Shown here: in pieces, positions 8,867 to 18,358 of the stretch
Layout: every line of letters begins with the position of its first letter
Numbering within the stretch: the first letter of the stretch is position 1
DNA from: a bacterium
Lineage (GTDB): Bacteria > Patescibacteriota > Microgenomatia > JAMCZE01
NCBI GenBank assembly: GCA_021836035.1
Contig: JAKBJL010000002.1
Coordinates: forward strand, 71,484 to 135,483
DNA: 64,000 bases
Reading direction: 5' to 3'
The notes under the pieces: generated by a model
The model's input: only the letters and a program-made list of their open reading frames with translations
What the model was told of the DNA's origin: nothing
Databases searched by the model: none
Made by a program: the position numbers and the translations under genes

Positions 8867-9931
8867 TTATTGTAGGTTATCTACTATAGCGGCGACCAAT
8901 TTATTTTGTGAATAGCTTTCTTTCAGTTTTTTTTGACCTTCCATAACTAAATTCTTAATTTCATTTCGATTTCTCTCTAAACTTTTAATGGCGTTAAAGA
9001 TTTGTTTGATATTCCCCTGCTTACATACATAACCGCCGATTCTATTATTAACAACTTCTCCGGCGCAGCCGGTATCGGTCATGACCACCGGTAAACCGGC
9101 GGCAAGAGCCTCAATAGCACTTAAACCCCATCCTTCATAATTAGAAGTCAACAGGAAGATATCGGACTTCGCCAGGGTCTGTTTAACTTCCAGGCGGTTT
9201 TTCTGGCCAACCAAGAGAACCTTTCCTTCCAATCCTTTTTCGCTGATCAGTCCTTCCAGCTTTGGCCGTTCTTCTCCCTCGCCTACTACCACAAACTTCA
9301 TCTTTGGGTAAGTTTTGCACACTCGTTCCGCCACCCCTATTAATAATGGTATATTTTTCTGTTTAATTAGCCTGGCTACCGTTACAATTTGGTTAAAGCG
9401 CTTTACATGCGGTTTGGACCAAAAGTAGTCGAGGTCAACCGGCACGGGGGCTACGAAGGACTTGTGGCCGTATCCGAGCCTCTTGCTAACCACCCTAACC
9501 GAATCCGCAGAGAGCAAGGTAAGCCTTCCCAGCCAATAAAAGAGATAATTCTGCAGGCTTTCGCGGCGAAAATAAGGGGTCTTAAAATAATCGTTATGAA
9601 TTTGGATATTTAACTTAACCCCCCAGCGGAATTTAGCCAAAACCCCTACCAAAGCGCAGATAAAAGGATCTTGGGTAGAAATTATATCCAGACGGGGTAA
9701 AGCGGTTAATATTTTCAGAGAATCCCCAAGATAATGCCAGCGGCTTAGCGAGTTGGTGGGAATAATATGTAAATTCTCCGCATCGATTCGGGAAAATCCC
9801 GCCAGCTTTAGGGAAAAAACGATAAGGTACAACTCTTTAAAATAATTCGCGTATTCCCGGTGTCTTGCCAGCACGTCGGCGTTTTTACCGGTAAATAAGC
9901 TGGTATCGGTACTGATAAAAACTATCTTCAT
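8867..9931 (-). CDS. GT4 family glycosyltransferase
   Basis: VARLIKQKN, DIFLLTSNYEGWGLSAIEALAAG (ExxxxxxxE). Confidence 0.92.
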   Translation of the reverse strand: MKIVFISTDTSLFTGKNADVLARHREYANYFKELYLIVFSLKLAGFSRIDAENLHIIPTNSLSRWHYLGDSLKILTALPRLDIISTQDPFICALVGVLAKFRWGVKLNIQIHNDYFKTPYFRRESLQNYLFYWLGRLTLLSADSVRVVSKRLGYGHKSFVAPVPVDLDYFWSKPHVKRFNQIVTVARLIKQKNIPLLIGVAERVCKTYPKMKFVVVGEGEERPKLEGLISEKGLEGKVLLVGQKNRLEVKQTLAKSDIFLLTSNYEGWGLSAIEALAAGLPVVMTDTGCAGEVVNNRIGGYVCKQGNIKQIFNAIKSLERNRNEIKNLVMEGQKKLKESYSQNKLVAAIVDNLQ

Positions 9932-11751
9932 ATTATCCTCGCGTCTATTTTACCCTGATTATCATAGAATAAATCTATCTTTCGCAACCGGCTATCACCA
10001 CCGCATACCGTGTAGCGCTCCCGATATTGCCCGGGAAAGTAATATGCCCTTATTTTGTCGGAAATACCCAAATAGCGCCGCAGGGACAATTCCGAAATTC
10101 CCCTTTCGACTTTTAAGCAACTATCGGGGGAATAAATTGATTTAACTTTGCCATTGATATTTTTCCAGTTTTGTTCCTTTAGCCAGGCTTGGGTGGTTGA
10201 TGAATAAGTTATTGCGGCGCCGAAAGAATCCCAAGAAATTGCATCATCGTCCAAACCGTTGGACAGATAATTGAATCGGAAAACAGTATTCAGCGTATAG
10301 ACAAGAGACAGCAACCAAATGGCGGCAAACAAAGTAATAATTATGGCTTTAGATTTAAATAACAGTAATGAATCGACAAAGATAATCAGTAACGGCAGAG
10401 TAATAAAAGGCAGGTAATAAGTCCTGACCCCGTTAAGAAGAAATATTACTGCCGAACTGAGGATAAAAATAATTATCAGCAACATATTACCCCCCTGTTT
10501 GCGCGTTGTGCCCATAAGCAGAAATATAATCAGTAAAGAAAAAAGGATAACTCCGTATTGATCAGCTAAAATCAGCGATAAGCGGGTAAGATTGCCGGAC
10601 AAATTCAGGGAAGCCTGTGTGGCCCCCGGATGCGCCGGAGTCTTGAATATCCGGGAGAAAAAGATATCGGTGTATCCCGTTGCAAGATATGCGCCGATGT
10701 TATAAACAATTACCGGGGAAAAGACAGCCAGAGCCGGGACAAACACCCGCAGGCCGTTTTTAATCAGCTCGCGCCTCTTAACAAGAACCAACCCCGCGCT
10801 AATAACGGGAAGTATCACCAGAGCGCTTTCTTTAACCAGCATCGCTCCTCCGAAAAATATCCCGGTTAAAAGTAAATATCTGTTTTCCTTGCCGTTGAAA
10901 AAGCGGAGAAAAACATAGATCGTTATTGTTAAAAGAAAGGTTAAAAACATTTCCCGGTGAAAGATGCGGCTCATAAAAATATGGTAATTATTAACCGCCA
11001 GTAAAGCCGTAACCGCAAAGGCTATAGATTTTTTCTTAAGAATCTCTTCCGACAGAAGATAAGCGAGGGGCAGTAACATTATACCGACTAACGCCGGGCC
11101 AAAGCGAAACATCCAGTCGGATAAGGTAGAAAGCCCCCCGGGCGAAAGAATCTGCATCGTAAAGTGCTGGATATATAAAGCCAGCGGCGGATGGCCGGAA
11201 AAAGAGAGAACCAAAGCTTTGCGACCGGCAAATATTCCGTCCACCAGGTTATCAGCCTGGTAACCGAGGTCATACTCATCACCGTTCAAATCGGGGATAT
11301 TTAACGGCAAAAATATCAGCAACGCGGCGATAAATAATGGCGGAATCAGTAATTTCAGATCCGTCAAGGATACTTTCTCTATTTGATCTTTTTTTCCATA
11401 AAGATACAGGGCCACCAGCGTTGTCAGTATATACATAACCAGCAGTATGAATATGTCGCCGGTCAGATGGTAACCGAAGATAGCTTGCGCTGATCTTCCT
11501 TCATAGAGAACGTTTAAAAACCCCGCGGGATAAGTCAAAAGCAAACTTAACCCGAACGAGATCAGTATTCTTTCCATAAGATCCCGGGACTTCGGGAGCA
11601 AAATCAGACTAAGAGGGTAACCACTGAAGAAAAAAACGAAAAGGAAACCGCTCACCCATCTTAAATACACCAGCCGGCTGTCAAACGACAGCAGAAGCGA
11701 TAGCAGCCCGGAGACTAAACCTGCCAGGAGCAGCTTATTTCTTTTCATCAC
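9928..11751 (-). CDS. GT-C membrane glycosyltransferase (ArnT/PMT-like) with extra N-terminal membrane segments
   Basis: Polytopic. GDEY loop motif, HPPL, R after the second loop, SR..HRE, LVKES. About 130 aa of extra hydrophobic N-terminus. Confidence 0.8.
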   Translation of the reverse strand: MMKRNKLLLAGLVSGLLSLLLSFDSRLVYLRWVSGFLFVFFFSGYPLSLILLPKSRDLMERILISFGLSLLLTYPAGFLNVLYEGRSAQAIFGYHLTGDIFILLVMYILTTLVALYLYGKKDQIEKVSLTDLKLLIPPLFIAALLIFLPLNIPDLNGDEYDLGYQADNLVDGIFAGRKALVLSFSGHPPLALYIQHFTMQILSPGGLSTLSDWMFRFGPALVGIMLLPLAYLLSEEILKKKSIAFAVTALLAVNNYHIFMSRIFHREMFLTFLLTITIYVFLRFFNGKENRYLLLTGIFFGGAMLVKESALVILPVISAGLVLVKRRELIKNGLRVFVPALAVFSPVIVYNIGAYLATGYTDIFFSRIFKTPAHPGATQASLNLSGNLTRLSLILADQYGVILFSLLIIFLLMGTTRKQGGNMLLIIIFILSSAVIFLLNGVRTYYLPFITLPLLIIFVDSLLLFKSKAIIITLFAAIWLLSLVYTLNTVFRFNYLSNGLDDDAISWDSFGAAITYSSTTQAWLKEQNWKNINGKVKSIYSPDSCLKVERGISELSLRRYLGISDKIRAYYFPGQYRERYTVCGGDSRLRKIDLFYDNQGKIDARII

Positions 11752-12892
11752 TTAAATTTCTAAATTCCCGCAAAACCATTACGGCAATCCGACCCCAGTG
11801 ATATTTCGTCCGGGCCAGTTCCGCACCATTATCGCCCAGGGCAAGGCGGAGATTTTTATCCCTTGCCAACTTTTCGATCGCTTTGGCAAGGTCCTTGGGG
11901 TCGTTTGGCAAAACCAGCAGACCGGTTCGCCGGTCGGTTAAAAAATCCGTGATCCCTCCCACGGGCGTGCCGATTACCGGAAGCCCTACCGCCATTGCTT
12001 CGATAAAGGAAGAGCCGAAACCCTCGTGGCGGGACGGCCGGATAAAAACGGAGCTACGTGAAAGCAGGGCCGGGATGTCCTTATTACTTACTCTTCCTAA
12101 AAAAGTTACCCGGTCGGCAATCCGCAACGACCTTGCCATTTTCTGCAGCTGCTTAAAAAGCGGTCCCTCTCCGGCAATGGTTAATTTCCATTTTAGTCCC
12201 GCCGGAAGAAGGGCGCAGGCTTTAATTAAAATATCGATGCCGTTACGGGGAATAAGCGAGGAGGTAGTCACGATCTCCAGTAGCTTATCTTCACTATTTC
12301 TTACGGGACGAAATTTCTCGATATCTACCCCGTTGGGAATAATCACGATATTTCTTGCTCCCATCCTTTGGGTAATTTTAGCCGAATAACTGCTAACCGC
12401 CGCTACCGTGTCTGCTTTTCTAAAGGACCAGGCGATCAGGGGGGTAATTAAATCAGCAAGTTCCGCGCGCAATTTCATCGGTAGCCAACCCCGAAGAACC
12501 AGCTCTTCCCGGGCCAGCAGCGGGTTCTGGGAAGTTATATATAGCGGAATTCCGGTAAACTTTTTAACCAAAGCTCCGACCTGCGCCTGGGGGAACTCCT
12601 GTTTTGCCCAGACAAGGTCATACTTTTTTAGTTTCGCAAGAACTATGGATAGGGGGGCGGCAAAAAGGATAAACATGATACCGTAGAGATTGGGAATATG
12701 GGGGTAAATTACCCGGTAATAATTTATGTGGGAAAGGCCGGGAAATTCTTTTTTGATCGTGATCTCCGGCCCGGTAACCACCGTCACCGCTTCCAGGTCC
12801 GGAGCTACCCTTTTTAATACTTCCACAAAATGCATTTCCGCCCCACCCAATTTTTCGGGTGTGATATCAGCGGCGATAGCAAGAATCCTCAT
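11735..12892 (-). CDS. GT4 family glycosyltransferase
   Basis: GGAE, IPNGVD, PSRHEGFGSSFIEAMAVG. Start placed at ATG 12892 (MRILAI). Confidence 0.92.
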   Translation of the reverse strand: MRILAIAADITPEKLGGAEMHFVEVLKRVAPDLEAVTVVTGPEITIKKEFPGLSHINYYRVIYPHIPNLYGIMFILFAAPLSIVLAKLKKYDLVWAKQEFPQAQVGALVKKFTGIPLYITSQNPLLAREELVLRGWLPMKLRAELADLITPLIAWSFRKADTVAAVSSYSAKITQRMGARNIVIIPNGVDIEKFRPVRNSEDKLLEIVTTSSLIPRNGIDILIKACALLPAGLKWKLTIAGEGPLFKQLQKMARSLRIADRVTFLGRVSNKDIPALLSRSSVFIRPSRHEGFGSSFIEAMAVGLPVIGTPVGGITDFLTDRRTGLLVLPNDPKDLAKAIEKLARDKNLRLALGDNGAELARTKYHWGRIAVMVLREFRNLSDEKK

Positions 12893-12893
12893 A

Positions 12894-12928
12894 TAATATC
12901 CAACTACCAATAACTAATTTCTAATCAG
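12894..12928. repeat. Degenerate heptamer tandem array
   Basis: taatatc caactac caataac taatttc taatcag, five 7-bp units spanning the intergenic gap and the neighbouring stop codon. Confidence 0.6.
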
Positions 12929-14281
12929 GGTCAACGAGCCGTTCGGCAGATAAGTAACGATCTCATCATACGCCGATAATTTTTCGTCTGATGAAATTAC
13001 CCCGCCTTTAATTACCGAAATATTACGGTCGGAGTAGAAGGTTGTGTGCCAGCCTTCAAATTCCATATTCGGTTTTTTAAGTAACAGTAAAACCCTGTCG
13101 GAAATAGCACTGTTTTCCTTAATATACCGCCCGATAACAACCCCATCTTTAAAACGGTCCCCGTTAAGCAGCGTTGCCGTGTATTTAGAGCTTTGAATTA
13201 CCGACAGGGCAATAACCGCAACGGCAAAAAATGCTCCCGCCGGACGGCTTTTTAAAAGCATGCGGCTGATAAAAAACCCCGCGGTAACCGAGATGAACGG
13301 TAATAAATAATAAATTAAATAGTCATGGCGGTTAGCGGCTTCTTCAAAAAGCAGCGGGTGTAAAGACCCGAAAAGCAACAGCATTAAGGGGAATTGATAG
13401 GTTCTTTTGGCAAAAAACAGAAGCAGGCCGGCCAACGAGATCAAAACAAGCGGCTTAGTGAAATACAATAAAATATAGGTTGTTTCCAATTTTAAAAACG
13501 CGAGAAAATCCGGACGGCTGGAGCGGAGGGCGAAAGCGGAGTTAAATCCCCCGCCGGTAAAGGATCCGCTAAGAATAAAGGTTTGGGAAACATGCGCCAG
13601 AAATAACCCTAGCGGCACAATTATCAACCAGACTAACTTTTTCTCAAATTTACGATGAAGCAGGAAGTGGTAAACCAGAAGAGAAACCGGCGTATAGTAA
13701 CCCGGCCAACCGGAAAGGCAACCTAGAATTATTCCGATAATTAACCAGACAAAATTCCGCCTGCTGTTACCTTCGTTCCAGGCGAGATATCTCCAGAGCG
13801 AAAAGAGAAAGAAGAACAAAACCGGTATCTCGTGGACGGCCATTTTCCCGAAGTAAAGGTAAAGCGGCGTAATTATCCAGAAAACGGCAGCAAGAGCGGC
13901 AACGGCGGGGCTATAAAGCTTTTTAACTATTACATAGAGCAATAATACCGTCAAAACGGACAAGATGATGGGTACTAACCGGGTAGATATTTCCGTAATT
14001 CCGAAAAAATAATAGGAAAGAGTCAATAAGGTGATCAACAAACCCGGATGGTGGGTGTGATAGGAAAATTCCGAGGGCGTTACAATTCCGGAGTTTACTA
14101 CCTGCCCGAAACGGGTGACAACCACCCCATAGCGTAAAGTATTTCTGGCAATATTGCCGAAAAAGGCGTTATTGAAGTCGTGATGTCCCCAAAAGGGCTT
14201 GTCCGCCCTATAAAGTAAAGCTATAAAAGCTAAAATAAGGGTTAATAAGAGTATTAAATTATGACGACACAATATCCTCAT
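12914..14281 (-). CDS. GT-C membrane glycosyltransferase (ArnT/PMT-like)
   Basis: Polytopic. GHHDFN loop, YHTHHPG, EISTRL, GKMAVHE, and a short soluble C-terminal domain. Confidence 0.78.
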   Translation of the reverse strand: MRILCRHNLILLLTLILAFIALLYRADKPFWGHHDFNNAFFGNIARNTLRYGVVVTRFGQVVNSGIVTPSEFSYHTHHPGLLITLLTLSYYFFGITEISTRLVPIILSVLTVLLLYVIVKKLYSPAVAALAAVFWIITPLYLYFGKMAVHEIPVLFFFLFSLWRYLAWNEGNSRRNFVWLIIGIILGCLSGWPGYYTPVSLLVYHFLLHRKFEKKLVWLIIVPLGLFLAHVSQTFILSGSFTGGGFNSAFALRSSRPDFLAFLKLETTYILLYFTKPLVLISLAGLLLFFAKRTYQFPLMLLLFGSLHPLLFEEAANRHDYLIYYLLPFISVTAGFFISRMLLKSRPAGAFFAVAVIALSVIQSSKYTATLLNGDRFKDGVVIGRYIKENSAISDRVLLLLKKPNMEFEGWHTTFYSDRNISVIKGGVISSDEKLSAYDEIVTYLPNGSLTLIRN

Positions 14282-15398
14282 ATACTTTAAATATTTGCAT
14301 ACTGATATGCTTCCAGGTATAGTATTTTTCTACAAGTTTATAACCTTCCTCCCCCATTTCCCCGCCTATCGGCGATTCTAATATCTTTTCCATTTTAGCA
14401 GCTAAATCTTGGGGGTTACCGGGATCGGTTAAATATCCCGTTTTCCCGTCCTTAATCAACAGACCGACATCTCCGATATCGCTGGCAATTACGGGAAGCC
14501 GGCAGGCCATAGCATCGACAAGTGTCAAGGGAAATCCTTCCGCTGATAATGAAGGCAGAACAAAAGCGTGCGAAGACTTGTATTCCCGGATAAGATCTTC
14601 CCCGTAAAGAGCCGGTTTGATATCTACCTTCTTCTCCAGTTTGGTAGCTGCCACAAGGTCTTTTATCTTAGCTTTTTCCGGACCTTCACCTACCAGAGTT
14701 AAACGAAATCGGGGAAAACGGGAGGCAATATTTTGGGCCGCTTTAATAAGAACCGGGAGACCTTTAACCTCAACAAAACGACCTACCCAGAGAAAGCGAA
14801 AAGCCTTTTTATCCCGGTGCGCCGATAGACTTTTGAATTTTTGCAAATCCACCCCGTTGCCAATGATAAAGGTTTTGCGGGTAGCCACTTTACCGTTTAA
14901 GGATTTTCCCGCGACCGTAATCAAAGCATCATAACGATAAATGTTTACGATAAGATTGCTGAGTATGGCCGGAAGCCCGCTGCGGTTAATTAAACCCGCA
15001 CCCAAACCGCTGCTTCCTAAGCCGTGAAGCGTATAAACGGTCTTTTTGCGCTTCAGCAATCCCAGCAGGGGCAAAAATATTGTGGTCGAATAACTGTGGC
15101 TGTGATAAATATCATAACCGGCAAATAGCGTATAACGGAAAGCGTAAAGGATAAATAAAAGGCGTCCGAAAAACCGGGGAAAAATAAACCGGGGGCCGAG
15201 GCGAAGTACTTTCAGCCTGCCGTTTTCATAAACTTCCCTGCCGGGGTAAATCTTACCAGTTTTATCGGTAAGGTTCGGGACTACGATATCCACCAGGCAT
15301 CCATAATCTTTTACCAGACGCTGTGATACTTCCCAAATATGCGCTTGCCCCCCGCCCCACCAGGGCATCCAGGCGTCAGTCAACATGCAAATCTTCAT
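14259..15398 (-). CDS. GT4 family glycosyltransferase
   Basis: GGG, GNGVD, VGRFVEVKG, PSLSAEGFPLTLVDAMAC. Confidence 0.92.
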   Translation of the reverse strand: MKICMLTDAWMPWWGGGQAHIWEVSQRLVKDYGCLVDIVVPNLTDKTGKIYPGREVYENGRLKVLRLGPRFIFPRFFGRLLFILYAFRYTLFAGYDIYHSHSYSTTIFLPLLGLLKRKKTVYTLHGLGSSGLGAGLINRSGLPAILSNLIVNIYRYDALITVAGKSLNGKVATRKTFIIGNGVDLQKFKSLSAHRDKKAFRFLWVGRFVEVKGLPVLIKAAQNIASRFPRFRLTLVGEGPEKAKIKDLVAATKLEKKVDIKPALYGEDLIREYKSSHAFVLPSLSAEGFPLTLVDAMACRLPVIASDIGDVGLLIKDGKTGYLTDPGNPQDLAAKMEKILESPIGGEMGEEGYKLVEKYYTWKHISMQIFKVYEDIVSS

Positions 15399-15433
15399 AA
15401 GCAGCTCAAAGCCAATAGCAAATAGCTAACGAC
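15399..15433. repeat. Degenerate heptamer tandem array
   Basis: aagcagc tcaaagc caatagc aaatagc taacgac, filling the 27-bp intergenic gap. Confidence 0.55.
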
Positions 15434-16571
15434 TGAATAACGATTTATATACCCTCTCCGTTTCCCGGGCAACTTTCCCCCAGGTATGATTCCGGGCAAA
15501 TTTTAAACCGCTTTGGCTCAGTTTTTGATAGAGATCGTTATCTTTTAATAATTTTTCCAGCTTTTCTGCCAGATCTTCCGGATCTCCCAATTTAAATATT
15601 AACCCTCCGTGACTGGCTGTTTCTATTTCCCTGTTTACGTTAATATCGCTGTTCACAAACGGTATCCCCTGCGACATGGCTTCCAGAGAGACGATCCCAA
15701 AACCTTCGACCGCTGAGGGCAAGGAAAAAATATCCGCCCGGGATATTTCCTTTAGGACTTCCGGGTGGGGTAAATTACCTAAAAATTTGACCCGCTGAGA
15801 AACACCTAATTTTTCGGCTAAATCTTCCATTACCTTCCGCCGCTCCCCTTCGCCGATAATTCGGTAACGAAGATCATATCCGCGTTCCACCAGAATAGCC
15901 AAAGCCCGGATAACCGTGTCGGTTTTTTTATAATTAACCAGTCTTTGTACGGAAATAATAGTGGCCGGATTTCCTCTTGCCTTTTTTGCCTCCTTGGCGG
16001 TTTGCTTAACACCGGGATAAATAACTTCTACTTTTCCCTCCGGCAAGCCAAGCTTTTTAAGTTTATCGTAAGTTTGGTAACTTAAAGCAATATATTTATC
16101 GGCCGGCAAATATACCATTGATTTTTCGATTAAATTAGCCAGGTAACCCTTAATTCTTCCTGCCGCTTTCTGCCAGGTGATAAGCGCTACCACATCCGGC
16201 ACCCAATAAACCAGCTTTTTACCCCTGAGTCTGGCCGCCAGATATGCCGCCGCATAGACATTTCCGTTATTGCCGTCAACCAATTCATAATCCAAGGTCA
16301 GAGCTTTAAAGACTGCGGCAATAATAAAAACAAACCGGTTCAGCAGTTGCCCATAGCGGGTATAGGGGCGATTTAATCCCACCCTAAATATTTCTAAACC
16401 ATGCCAGTTGTCATACGCCGTTGTCCCCGGCAGACGGCAGGTAATCACTTTTATGCCGTGGGTCCGCAATAACAATTCTTGGGCCAGATAATAAGTACGG
16501 GCTTCCGCGCCGCCGGTAACCTTGCCGCTGTCTTCTGTGGGAAAAAATTCCGAAATAAAAAGGAGTTTCAC
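15426..16571 (-). CDS. GT4 family glycosyltransferase
   Basis: GGAE, RLVNYK, PSAVEGFGIVSLEAMSQG. Confidence 0.92.
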   Translation of the reverse strand: MKLLFISEFFPTEDSGKVTGGAEARTYYLAQELLLRTHGIKVITCRLPGTTAYDNWHGLEIFRVGLNRPYTRYGQLLNRFVFIIAAVFKALTLDYELVDGNNGNVYAAAYLAARLRGKKLVYWVPDVVALITWQKAAGRIKGYLANLIEKSMVYLPADKYIALSYQTYDKLKKLGLPEGKVEVIYPGVKQTAKEAKKARGNPATIISVQRLVNYKKTDTVIRALAILVERGYDLRYRIIGEGERRKVMEDLAEKLGVSQRVKFLGNLPHPEVLKEISRADIFSLPSAVEGFGIVSLEAMSQGIPFVNSDINVNREIETASHGGLIFKLGDPEDLAEKLEKLLKDNDLYQKLSQSGLKFARNHTWGKVARETERVYKSLFSR

Positions 16572-16921
16572 TTTGGCTTGTTTGCTTTGTTGCCGTTTTC
16601 GAGGGCAATTTTCCGAACTAGCTCCGTAATCTGGTGAGAAAGGTTTTCCATGAGAACATAAGCCCGGAAAATTAAATAGAAAAGGACAATAATGGAAACA
16701 TAAATAACCAGATCCGCTCCCCGCCCGATACCGAAAAGCCGCGCCAACCGCGTTGTTTCTCCCGGAAAAAGAACACCGAAGATAGCCGAGACAAAAACTA
16801 CCGACCAGAAAATAAACTCCTTATATTTAATTTGCCCGCCCCGGAAGCGCAGAAATACCCGGCTTAAGGCAAACAAAAGAAAAAGCAGCAGAATGAGCTG
16901 AATTATGATGATACTGCTCAT
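16568..16921 (-). CDS. DUF2304 family small membrane protein (GacJ/Rv3632-like)
   Basis: 117 aa with three hydrophobic segments, GIGRGADLVIY and C-terminal ITELVRKIAL. Confidence 0.85.
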   Translation of the reverse strand: MSSIIIIQLILLLFLLFALSRVFLRFRGGQIKYKEFIFWSVVFVSAIFGVLFPGETTRLARLFGIGRGADLVIYVSIIVLFYLIFRAYVLMENLSHQITELVRKIALENGNKANKPK

Positions 16922-17679
16922 GTTTTTTGCGCGATAACAAAATTAGTCTGCCCTAATAACCGCCCCAAAAAACGATCCAGAAACTTATCCAACTTATCTA
17001 ATTGCCCGGGATAACGGTTAATTATTTTTTCCCGGACAAAGGGAAAAATCCGGCCGATATAAGCGGGCAGGACACCGCTTCTTCCCGCCTTAAGGATATT
17101 ATAACCGCTGTTGGCGATAAGCGATACAACTTCTCCCAGGCCCTGTCTCTCCAAACCCCGATGGGCACCCGGAAGCCCGAAAATACGATTTAGCAATTCC
17201 GCGGGCGCATATTTATTCGGGAAATTATAAATAAAAAGCAGGCCCCCCGTCTTTAAGACCTTTCGTATTTTTAAAAGGGCCAGACGCCGGTCCTGAAATA
17301 CCCGATAAGCGTCGCCTTTACCTAGATGTTCTAAAACGCCGAACATCACCACGGCATGAAAACAATCTTTGGGAAAAGGCAGAAGACCTCCGTCATAAGT
17401 CTTAAAATACGGCCCCGCCTTTCTCCAAATGGGGTGCGGGGCTACCTCTAGGCCCACTGTCTCCATTCCCAACTCCCGTAATATCAAAACATTCTGCCCC
17501 TCGCCGCAGCCGAAATCTAAAACCCGCCAATCCTCCCCGGGAAAATGCCTCTCCAGTGTTCGTCTGACCTCCCTGGCACTGCGGACATACCTGGATAAAT
17601 ACAGGAAGTTATGTACTGTTTCCCATTCCGAAGCGGTCATCTTTCGGGCGATACTTTGTATCAACTTCCCGTCGGTCAT
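16918..17679 (-). CDS. Class I SAM-dependent methyltransferase
   Basis: VLDFGCGEG, GVLEHL, LKTGG, FPN. Start placed at ATG 17679. Confidence 0.88.
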   Translation of the reverse strand: MTDGKLIQSIARKMTASEWETVHNFLYLSRYVRSAREVRRTLERHFPGEDWRVLDFGCGEGQNVLILRELGMETVGLEVAPHPIWRKAGPYFKTYDGGLLPFPKDCFHAVVMFGVLEHLGKGDAYRVFQDRRLALLKIRKVLKTGGLLFIYNFPNKYAPAELLNRIFGLPGAHRGLERQGLGEVVSLIANSGYNILKAGRSGVLPAYIGRIFPFVREKIINRYPGQLDKLDKFLDRFLGRLLGQTNFVIAQKT

Positions 17680-17680
17680 A

Positions 17681-18358
17681 TCAACGAAATATCCGCAGCA
17701 GCATTTTAAAAGCGACCCGTACGGCATTCAGATTACCGAATCCCTCCTGACCTTTCTGCCGGCTATAATCGGTATAAATCGCCGGGATAGGAATTTCGCT
17801 AAACCGCAAGCCGTTCCTTTTCACTTCCCGGAAAAATTCACTGCTGACTTCCATCCGGTCCGTTTTGATATTAATTAAGGTTAAGGCTTTTTTATTAAAA
17901 GCCCGGAGTCCCGACTGGGAATCGGTCGTCCAAACACCATAGAGCAGATAAGTCAAAATATTGCTTAACCAATTTAAAATCTCCCGGTCTCTGGGCATCC
18001 GGCCGTCTTCGATAAGCCGGCTGCCGATAACCATATCGCTTTGCCCGGAGATTAAAGGCGAAATCAATCTTTTGATATCCGCGGCCCGGTGCTGGCCGTC
18101 GGCATCGAAAGTCACGGCAATATCGAAACCGTTTTTCCGGGCATATTCTAAACCGGAACCGAGAGCCGCGCCTAGTCCCCGGTTAATAATATGGGTTAAC
18201 ACGGGTTTGCCTTTTCTCCGGGCGATGTCCGCGGTTTGATCTCCCGAGCCGTCGTTAATCACTACTATATCCCGGAAACCGTTGGCCGCCAGATCGTCAA
18301 GAACCGCGCCGATTTTTTCCTGCTCATTGAAGGCCGGAACAATAACCAGTATTTTCAT
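17681..18358 (-). CDS. GT2 polyprenyl-phosphate sugar synthase (DPM1/GacI/PpgS-like)
   Basis: PAFNE, NDGSGD, NRGLGAA, TFDADGQH, GSR, TDSQSGLR. Lies two genes from DUF2304. Confidence 0.88.
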   Translation of the reverse strand: MKILVIVPAFNEQEKIGAVLDDLAANGFRDIVVINDGSGDQTADIARRKGKPVLTHIINRGLGAALGSGLEYARKNGFDIAVTFDADGQHRAADIKRLISPLISGQSDMVIGSRLIEDGRMPRDREILNWLSNILTYLLYGVWTTDSQSGLRAFNKKALTLINIKTDRMEVSSEFFREVKRNGLRFSEIPIPAIYTDYSRQKGQEGFGNLNAVRVAFKMLLRIFR

